Of a stretch of 64,000 nucleotides of DNA, positions 57,682 through 64,000 are shown piece by piece (the first letter of the stretch is position 1; every line of letters starts with the position of its first letter). Under the pieces are notes generated by a model that worked only from the letters and a program-made list of their open reading frames with translations, had not been told where the DNA came from and made no database searches. Made by a program: the position numbers and the translations under genes. Source of the DNA: Ignavibacteria bacterium (GTDB taxonomy: Bacteria > Bacteroidota > Ignavibacteria > Kapaibacteriales > UBA2268); assembly GCA_026415495.1 (NCBI GenBank), contig JAOAGZ010000002.1, forward strand, positions 4,394-68,393. The letters run 5' to 3'.

Positions 57682-57708
57682 GACAGGGAACGAACCTGTC
57701 TTTTTTAT
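57682..57708 (+). terminator. Rho-independent terminator after sucC
   Basis: GACAGG-GAACGAA-CCTGTC followed by TTTTTTATT. Confidence 0.7.
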
Positions 57709-57729
57709 TGAATAACAAGAAGGAAAGAT

Positions 57730-58293
57730 ATGAACAAAAAGAAATTAGTTGCAATTTCTGCACCGAGTGGTGGAGGGAAATCGGTTGTTACCAGACATAT
57801 TTTAAATAAATTTCCAGATGTGATTTTTTCAGTTTCTGCAACAACCCGTCAGCGGCGTCCAAATGAAGTAGATGGAAAAGACTATTTTTTTCTGACTAAA
57901 GAAAAATTTGAAGAATTGATAGCACAAAATCAATTAATCGAATGGGAAGAACTTTTTGGTAATTATTATGGAACATTGAAAAGCGAAGTACAGAAAGCGA
58001 TAAACAAAAATAAAATTATGCTTTTTGATATTGACGTAAAAGGTGCTTTGTCTTTAAAAAAGCATTTTCCTAATGATACTCTCCTGATATTTTTGGCACC
58101 ACCATCTAAAGAGGTATTGATTGAAAGACTGAAAAAGCGTGGAACAGAATCAGAAGAGCAATTAAAAAATAGACTTGCAAGAGCAGAACTGGAAATTTCT
58201 ATGAGCAAAGAATTTGATCAAATTATTGTAAACGACATATTAGAAGAGACCTTGCAAAAAGTGGAACAGGTATTTATTGAAAATTGCCAATAA
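57730..58293 (+). CDS. gmk: Guanylate kinase
   Basis: 187 aa. It has SAPSGGGKS and SATTRQRRPNEVDGKDYFF. Confidence 0.95.
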   Translation: MNKKKLVAISAPSGGGKSVVTRHILNKFPDVIFSVSATTRQRRPNEVDGKDYFFLTKEKFEELIAQNQLIEWEELFGNYYGTLKSEVQKAINKNKIMLFDIDVKGALSLKKHFPNDTLLIFLAPPSKEVLIERLKKRGTESEEQLKNRLARAELEISMSKEFDQIIVNDILEETLQKVEQVFIENCQ

Positions 58294-58325
58294 AAAAAGA
58301 GGCTGTTTAATAAACAGCCTCTTTC
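58292..58325. terminator. Bidirectional rho-independent terminator (gmk and the BCCP gene)
   Basis: AGAGGCTGTTTA-A-TAAACAGCCTCT is a 12-bp stem flanked by an A-run on the left and TTTC on the right, between convergent genes. Confidence 0.7.
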
Positions 58326-58339
58326 TAAAACCATAAATC

Positions 58340-58756
58340 TTATTTATAGGTAAGAAGAACTTGTCCTGATTCAACGGAATCATTAACTTTAACTTTAATA
58401 TCGGCAATAACACCATCTCGAGAAGAAGAAATATTAGTTTTCATTTTCATAGCTTCGAGGATAACAACAACCTGTCCTTCTTTTACGGAATCACCGGGTT
58501 TAACAGGCACTTCGATAACGACACCGTTCATTGGAGAAGTAAGTGAGTTAGCATCAGAAGCAGAAGTCGAGGCTTTGAAAGCACCTTTCTGGCGAGGTTC
58601 TGATGCAAAAGCCGTAGATGGAGGCGTCATTGGAGTAACCTGTGCAACTGGAGGCACAAAGGGAAGCTGAGGTCCAGATGATGAATCAGTATCTTCTAAT
58701 ACTTCAACTTCTACCTCATATTCTTTTCCATTTACAGTTATTCTTAATTTTTTCAT
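58340..58756 (-). CDS. Biotin carboxyl carrier protein (1.3S/MmdC-type biotinyl subunit)
   Basis: 138 aa. Its N-terminus resembles the 1.3S subunit (KLRITVNGKEYEVEVEV). It has a Pro/Ala/Ser linker and a biotinyl domain with the EAMKM motif (VILEAMKMKTNI). Confidence 0.85.
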   Translation of the reverse strand: MKKLRITVNGKEYEVEVEVLEDTDSSSGPQLPFVPPVAQVTPMTPPSTAFASEPRQKGAFKASTSASDANSLTSPMNGVVIEVPVKPGDSVKEGQVVVILEAMKMKTNISSSRDGVIADIKVKVNDSVESGQVLLTYK

Positions 58757-58766
58757 AAAAAACCTT

Positions 58767-59066
58767 TTATTCTTGTGAACTAAACAATTTCAATTTCCCA
58801 ATACGAGACCAAGAAGTATCAGCCTGGTCGCGAACAAATTTTATCTTACGAATCTGAAAAGCACGACCGAGGACAAAGCTTGCAGCAGCAGTAATAGCAG
58901 CCACAGTTTCTTTGTCGATGGAATTAGATTGCTCATTGTCTGCACTATTACCTTGCTTGGATGTATTTAGCGACGAAGTAAGCGCAGCAATAACTTCTTT
59001 GCTATTTGGGTTTTGAGGAACAATAACAAGCACTAAAGCTGCTTGTTCAATTAATTTATCGAGCAT
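58767..59066 (-). CDS. Small acyl-CoA carboxylase/decarboxylase accessory subunit (OadG/ACC-epsilon-like), uncertain
   Basis: 99 aa, between the carboxyltransferase and BCCP genes. It carries …NPNSKEVIAALTSSL… and …ETVAAITAAASFVLG… motifs, reminiscent of the small subunits of biotin enzymes. No convincing TM helix is present. Confidence 0.5.
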   Translation of the reverse strand: MLDKLIEQAALVLVIVPQNPNSKEVIAALTSSLNTSKQGNSADNEQSNSIDKETVAAITAAASFVLGRAFQIRKIKFVRDQADTSWSRIGKLKLFSSQE

Positions 59067-59077
59067 AAGAACTCCTA

Positions 59078-60637
59078 TTATAAAGGAATAAGTCCGTGTT
59101 TCTTTTGTGGACGTAAATCTCTCTTGTTTTTCAAGGATTCGAGAGCAATAGAGAGATATTGTCTTGTTTTCATAGGTTCAATGATAGCATCAACCAAACC
59201 AGATTCTGCAGCTGGATAAGGCGAAGCGAATTGAATCCTGTATTCTTCGATAAGTTCTCTGCGTTTAGCTTTTGGATCGGGAGCATTTTTAATTTCATCT
59301 TTGAAAAGCACAGAAACAGCACCTTCAGCACCCATAACTGCAATTTCAGCAGTTGGCCAAGCAGCTACACGGTCGGCACCTAAACTTTTAGCACTCATTG
59401 CAAGATAAGCACCACCATAAGCTTTACGCACAATAATTGTAACTTTTGGAACAGTGGCGGCAGAGAACGAAAAGAGCATTTTAGCTCCGTGACGGATAAT
59501 TCCGCCAAATTCTTGTTCTACACCTGGCAAGAATCCCGGAACATCAACAAAAGAGATAAGAGGAATATTAAAGGCATTGCAGAAACGAATAAAGCGAGAA
59601 GCTTTATCTGAAGCGTCGATATCTATACAGCCAAATTTTTCTTTTGGTTGGTTAGCAACAATACCTACCACATTACCGTTAAGACGAGCAAAGGCAACAA
59701 TCATATTTTTAGCAAAATGTTCCTGCACTTCCATTATACTGCCGGGGTCGAATACACGGAGAAGGATTTCCATCATATCGTAAGCTTCGCGATGGTCGTC
59801 CGGAACAATTTCATTGAGGTATGGGTCTTCGATAATTTGAATTGTTCCATCACCATAAGAAGGAGGATTTTCGGTATTGTTTTGAGGCATATATGAAAGC
59901 AATCTTTTACAAATTTCAATTGCTTCTGCATCGTTTTGAGCAACGAAGTGAACATTGCCGCTGTGGCTTGCCTGAGCCATTGCACCACCAAGTTCTTCGG
60001 CAGAGATTGCAACACCAGTAGCTTCTTTAACAACATTTGGACCTGCAATAAACAATTTACCAATGCCTTGAACCATTATAATAAAGTCCATTAAAGCAGG
60101 AGAATAAGCAGCGCCACCTGCACAAGGACCAGCAATTATTGCAATCTGAGGAACAACGCCCGACAACAAAACATTGTGATAGAAAATTTCACCATAGCCA
60201 CGAAGTGAATTGATAGGTTCTTGAATGCGAGCTCCACCACTATCGTTGAAAGCAACATAAGGGACACCATTTTTTAATGCTTTAAGCATAACTTCGCAAA
60301 TTTTCCAAGCATGGCGTCCACCGACACTGCCACCCATAACAGTAAAATCCTGGGATGAAGCATATGCAAGGCGACCATTGATCGCACCCATAGCGGTAAC
60401 AACACCATCACCCGGCAACTTTTTACCTTCCATTCCAAAAGCGTCGCCGGAATGCTCTACAAACTTGTTAATTTCATCATAAAATCCATTATCAAATAAA
60501 AGATGAAGTCTCTCACGTGCAAGCATTTTACCTGCATTGTGCTGAGCTTCGATTTTGTCGATACCTCCACCAAGAAGGATTTCTGCTTCTTTTTTCTTAA
60601 GCTCTTCGATTTTTTCTTTTACTGTTGCCATACTCAT
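59078..60637 (-). CDS. Acyl-CoA carboxylase carboxyltransferase subunit (methylmalonyl-CoA decarboxylase alpha / propionyl-CoA carboxylase beta / 12S type)
   Basis: 519 aa. It matches the family end to end (…GGGIDKIEAQHNAGKMLARERL…DFTVMGGSVG…GPCAGGAAYSPA…AYGGAYLAM…). Confidence 0.9.
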   Translation of the reverse strand: MSMATVKEKIEELKKKEAEILLGGGIDKIEAQHNAGKMLARERLHLLFDNGFYDEINKFVEHSGDAFGMEGKKLPGDGVVTAMGAINGRLAYASSQDFTVMGGSVGGRHAWKICEVMLKALKNGVPYVAFNDSGGARIQEPINSLRGYGEIFYHNVLLSGVVPQIAIIAGPCAGGAAYSPALMDFIIMVQGIGKLFIAGPNVVKEATGVAISAEELGGAMAQASHSGNVHFVAQNDAEAIEICKRLLSYMPQNNTENPPSYGDGTIQIIEDPYLNEIVPDDHREAYDMMEILLRVFDPGSIMEVQEHFAKNMIVAFARLNGNVVGIVANQPKEKFGCIDIDASDKASRFIRFCNAFNIPLISFVDVPGFLPGVEQEFGGIIRHGAKMLFSFSAATVPKVTIIVRKAYGGAYLAMSAKSLGADRVAAWPTAEIAVMGAEGAVSVLFKDEIKNAPDPKAKRRELIEEYRIQFASPYPAAESGLVDAIIEPMKTRQYLSIALESLKNKRDLRPQKKHGLIPL

Positions 60638-60890
60638 TATTAGTTTTTTGTAAAAACGATTTTAATGATACAAAACTATAAAATATATCTTACTTATACA
60701 ACTTTTTGATACAAATTTATCGATAATTCTCTATTCTCAACAACCCCAATAAATACAAGGACTTACAAATTATCATTAACAAATTTTAATATTTTTACGG
60801 ATTTTATCGAGATATTAATATCAATAAAACATTATCAAATTAAATTTTCCACATTTTAAAATCTATCGTAATTGGATTTTCAATATTCGT

Positions 60891-60898
60891 TATATTTG
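60891..60898 (+). promoter_or_regulatory. Candidate TAnnTTTG -7 promoter box for dnaE
   Basis: TATATTTG lies 32 nt upstream of the dnaE ATG. This is a pattern match only. Confidence 0.2.
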
Positions 60899-60929
60899 TC
60901 AGGTATCATTATGAATTTAAGGGTAAAAA

Positions 60930-63900
60930 ATGCCTCAGTTTGTTCATTTGCATAATCATAGTCATTATTCAATATTAGATGCTCTACCAACGATAAAAGA
61001 ATTAGTTGCATCAGCTGTTGAAGATAGACAGCCAGCAATAGCATTGACTGACCACGGAGTAATGTATGGAACAATAGAATTTTATCAGGAAGTGTTAAAT
61101 GTAAATAAAAGTTTAAAAGAGAAAGGAGAAGAATATCAAATTAAGCCAATTATTGGTTTTGAAGCATATATAGCGAGTGGTTCGCGTTTCGACAAAACGT
61201 CTCTGAAAGCAGATACAAAAAAGAAGAATTATTATCATCTCTTGTTGTTAGCAAAAGATATTACAGGATACAAAAATCTAATAAAATTGACTTCAATTGG
61301 ACACTTGGAAGGTTTTTATTACCGACCAAGAATTGATAAAGAAGTGCTAGAGAAATACAGCGAGGGGCTTATTTGCACTTCTGCTTGTCTAGGAGGAGTG
61401 GTATCATCGCATTTACTAAAAGGAGATTACGAAACCGCAAAAGCAGAAGCAAAATACTACAAAGAATTATTTGGTGATGATTTTTATTTAGAAATTCAGA
61501 ATCATTTTTATGATGAAGACAAAATTGTGCTTCGTGATATGCCAAAATTAGCAAAGGAGCTTGGTATAAAGCTTGTTGCTACCAATGATATTCATTATAT
61601 GAAGCAGGAAGAAGCAATTGCTCATAATATATTATTGCATATCAGAGATGCATCGGGCAGCGAAGCAGTAGATTATAAAAAATTAAGGTATAGAACGCCT
61701 GAATTTCACTTTAAAACTTCTGCTCAGATGGTGGAAATATTTAAAGATTTTCCCGAAGCAATCGCATCAACACTTGAAATTGCAGAAAAATGCAATTGCC
61801 AGCTTGATTTAAAAACATTGTATATGCCAGAATTTCCTATTCCAGTTCATTCTAAAGCTGAAACATTAGATGATTATTTACGGGAACTTGTTTTCGAAGG
61901 GTTAAAAAATAAATATGACAAAGTAACGGAAGAAATCATTCAAAGAGCAGAATATGAACTGGAAGTAATAAAAAACATGAAATTTCCAGGATATTTTTTA
62001 ATTGTATGGGACTTTATCAGAGCAGCAAAGGAACGCGGTGTGAGAGTGGGACCAGGCAGAGGCTCAGCTGCCGGAAGTATTGTAGCATATGCACTTGATA
62101 TAACAAACGTTGACCCGCTTAAATATAATTTGCTTTTCGAAAGATTTTTAAATCCCGACAGAATTTCGATGCCTGATATAGATATTGATTTCGCTGACGA
62201 CAAGAGATACAAAGTAATTGACTACGTTAAAGAAAAATACGGTGCAAATGCAGTTGCACAAATCATTACATTCAGTAAATTATCGAGCCGCGCTGTTTTG
62301 ACTGATGTAGCAAGGGTTTTGAGCATACCGCTGAACACTGTAAAAGAAATCACTTCCAAAATACCTGTTATTCTGGGAAAGGTACTACCAATAGTTGATG
62401 CGATAGAACTCCCTGATCTGAAATGGCTGAAAGAAACAAAAGATGAAAAGCTCCAAGAATTGATTGAATATTCCAAAATGCTTGAAAATCGGAATAGAGC
62501 TGTATCAACACACGCAGCAGGAGTAGTAATTGCCCCTGGTGAGATTACCGATTTCGTCCCTGTTGTTCCACCAGCTAAAAGTGATAAAGATTCGAATGAT
62601 GTTGTAACACAATACTCTATGGCTGAATTGGAATCAGCTGGACTTGTCAAAATGGATTTTTTGGGGTTAAAAACTCTATCTGTAATTGAAAATACACTAA
62701 ATATGATAAAGGAAAATTACGGAAGAGATATTGATATTGACAAAATTGATTTTGATGACCCTAAGACATATAATCTGATAAGTGAGGGACATACGCTTGC
62801 TGTGTTTCAATTTGAATCTGACGGGATGCAAGATTACCTGAGGAAATTAAAACCACAGAATTTAGAAGAACTTACAGCAATGAACGCTTTGTATCGACCA
62901 GGACCAATGGAAAATATTCCTGAGTTTATCGATAGAAAGTTTGGACGAAAACCAATCGAATATCTGCACCCATATATGGAAGAATCACTGAAAAATACTT
63001 ATGGGATAATAGTTTATCAGGAACAAGTGATGCAGCTTGTTCAAAAAATTGCAGGTTTTTCACTTGGTCAGGCAGATATTTTGCGAAGAGCTATGGGGAA
63101 AAAGAAAAAATCAGAGATGGATAAAATGAAACCATTATTTATTGAAGGAGCAAAGAATAATGGTATCAATGAAAAATTAGCTCAGGAAATATTTGATTTA
63201 ATTGAAAAGTTTGCAAATTATGGTTTTAATAAATCACATTCGCTTGCTTATTCCTATCTTGCGTTCCAAACAGCTTGGTTAAAAACACATTATCCTGCTG
63301 AATTTTTAGCTGCGAATATGACAAATGAAATAAATAATCAGGATAAAATTGTTGAATTAATTGATGAAGCAAAAAAGTTTAATATAAAAGTATTACCTCC
63401 GGATATAAACCAATCTGCAACAAATTTTATCGCGAGAGGAAATGTGATTTATTTTGGACTTGCAGCAATAAAAAATGTCGGAATTCCAGCAGTGGACAAC
63501 ATTGTTCAAGCAAGAAGGGATGGAAATTTCACTTCGTTTTTTGATTTTGTGAGGCGTGTCGATACTTCGCTAATTAATCGAAGAACGATTGAAGCACTAA
63601 TTTGTGCTGGTGCTTTTGATAAGCTTCATCCGAATAGCAGAGCTTCCTTATTTGAATCCATAGAAACTGCTTTAGATTATGCAAAGGCTTACCAAAACTA
63701 CAAAGCAGAGGCAACAGATAGTTTGTTCGGTGGTCAGAGCGATGCCGAACCCAAGATGCCAAAATTGTCGAATGTGGAAGAATGGGAACAAAGCAAAAAA
63801 TTAGAAAAAGAAAAAGAATATCTGAATTTTTATATTTCAGGACATCCACTACAAGAGTATGAAATAATATTGAAGTCTGTGAATAATTTTAATTTTTCGA

Positions 63901-64000
63901 GTGTAGATAATCCTCAAATCGGAGATTATCTGCGTGTTATGGGGCTTGTTTCTGAAATCAGGACAAGATTGGACAAGAATAAAAATACAGTTGGATTTAT
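60930..64000 (+). CDS. dnaE: DNA polymerase III alpha subunit (3' end beyond the window)
   Basis: The frame is open from the ATG at 60930 to the window edge, so it is absent from the ORF track. It has a PHP domain (MPQFVHLHNHSHYSILDA…ALTDHGVMYG), a polymerase core (…GPGRGSAAGS…PDIDIDF…) and an HhH region (…FANYGFNKSHS…). Confidence 0.95.
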   Translation, partial: MPQFVHLHNHSHYSILDALPTIKELVASAVEDRQPAIALTDHGVMYGTIEFYQEVLNVNKSLKEKGEEYQIKPIIGFEAYIASGSRFDKTSLKADTKKKNYYHLLLLAKDITGYKNLIKLTSIGHLEGFYYRPRIDKEVLEKYSEGLICTSACLGGVVSSHLLKGDYETAKAEAKYYKELFGDDFYLEIQNHFYDEDKIVLRDMPKLAKELGIKLVATNDIHYMKQEEAIAHNILLHIRDASGSEAVDYKKLRYRTPEFHFKTSAQMVEIFKDFPEAIASTLEIAEKCNCQLDLKTLYMPEFPIPVHSKAETLDDYLRELVFEGLKNKYDKVTEEIIQRAEYELEVIKNMKFPGYFLIVWDFIRAAKERGVRVGPGRGSAAGSIVAYALDITNVDPLKYNLLFERFLNPDRISMPDIDIDFADDKRYKVIDYVKEKYGANAVAQIITFSKLSSRAVLTDVARVLSIPLNTVKEITSKIPVILGKVLPIVDAIELPDLKWLKETKDEKLQELIEYSKMLENRNRAVSTHAAGVVIAPGEITDFVPVVPPAKSDKDSNDVVTQYSMAELESAGLVKMDFLGLKTLSVIENTLNMIKENYGRDIDIDKIDFDDPKTYNLISEGHTLAVFQFESDGMQDYLRKLKPQNLEELTAMNALYRPGPMENIPEFIDRKFGRKPIEYLHPYMEESLKNTYGIIVYQEQVMQLVQKIAGFSLGQADILRRAMGKKKKSEMDKMKPLFIEGAKNNGINEKLAQEIFDLIEKFANYGFNKSHSLAYSYLAFQTAWLKTHYPAEFLAANMTNEINNQDKIVELIDEAKKFNIKVLPPDINQSATNFIARGNVIYFGLAAIKNVGIPAVDNIVQARRDGNFTSFFDFVRRVDTSLINRRTIEALICAGAFDKLHPNSRASLFESIETALDYAKAYQNYKAEATDSLFGGQSDAEPKMPKLSNVEEWEQSKKLEKEKEYLNFYISGHPLQEYEIILKSVNNFNFSSVDNPQIGDYLRVMGLVSEIRTRLDKNKNTVGF

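Noticed and set aside
60911-60955. A short upstream ORF (ATG at 60911, about 14 codons) overlaps the dnaE start out of frame.
   Set aside because: It has no SD and no conservation evidence. Such short AT-rich ORFs are expected by chance.
61940-62650. Long antisense ORFs (90 aa and 142 aa) lie opposite dnaE. Similar ones lie opposite the kinase gene (46134-46562, 142 aa) and the rsmB, purH and carboxyltransferase genes.
   Set aside because: Their products are Ser/Thr/Ile-rich low-complexity mirror translations of strongly conserved genes. They have no SD or independent evidence. These are shadow ORFs.
1-64000. I looked for CRISPR arrays, tRNA/rRNA/tmRNA genes, IS elements, integrases, toxin-antitoxin pairs, and reverse transcriptase or other defence-island hallmarks.
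   Set aside because: None was recognised. Coding density is very high. The largest non-coding stretches are 18084-18408, 60638-60929 and three of ~160 nt. They are either explained by the riboswitch or are featureless AT-rich promoter regions. The window appears compositionally uniform by eye.

Overview
AT-rich, very densely coded chromosomal segment with about 60 genes, mostly in long co-directional, often overlapping arrays. Gene content suggests an FCB-group bacterium, probably Ignavibacteria-like. This is inference from the GWxTD proteins, a TPP-riboswitch-controlled TonB receptor, cruF/cruC/cruD-type carotenoid genes and an octaheme OTR-type cytochrome.

Most of the window is housekeeping:
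- Replication and repair: dnaE (3' partial), dnaX, ruvX.
- tRNA/rRNA modification and translation: miaA, miaB, rsmB, rpmG.
- Central and nucleotide metabolism: purH, gmk, sucC, a fused OdhA/Kgd-type 2-oxoglutarate dehydrogenase, an acyl-CoA carboxyltransferase/BCCP set, ubiE.
- Envelope and other: lpxK, an LpxL-like acyltransferase, murQ, pgeF, pcm, bcp, ferritin.

I recognised no rRNA, tRNA, CRISPR array, transposase, integrase or phage genes, and no obvious defence island. All intergenic gaps are under about 330 nt and AT-rich.

Candidates worth a second look:
1. A tightly packed module of octaheme tetrathionate-reductase-type cytochrome, cytochrome b and a split YeeE/YedE channel. The second channel half ends in a rhodanese-like domain that lacks the catalytic Cys and finishes in ...SGGC.
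2. A TatD hydrolase ORF that runs without a stop codon into a signal-peptide-bearing beta-barrel protein with its own internal SD+ATG.
3. A six-gene overlapping carotenoid glycoside-ester operon with an embedded secreted TPR-like protein of unknown function, bracketed by miaA and miaB.
4. A six-gene operon bracketed by two paralogous secreted GWxTD-domain proteins.
5. An odd ABC ATPase / micro-membrane protein / Ig-like lipoprotein / FtsX-permease operon.

None of these can be proven novel from sequence reading alone, so the decisive searches are stated per finding.
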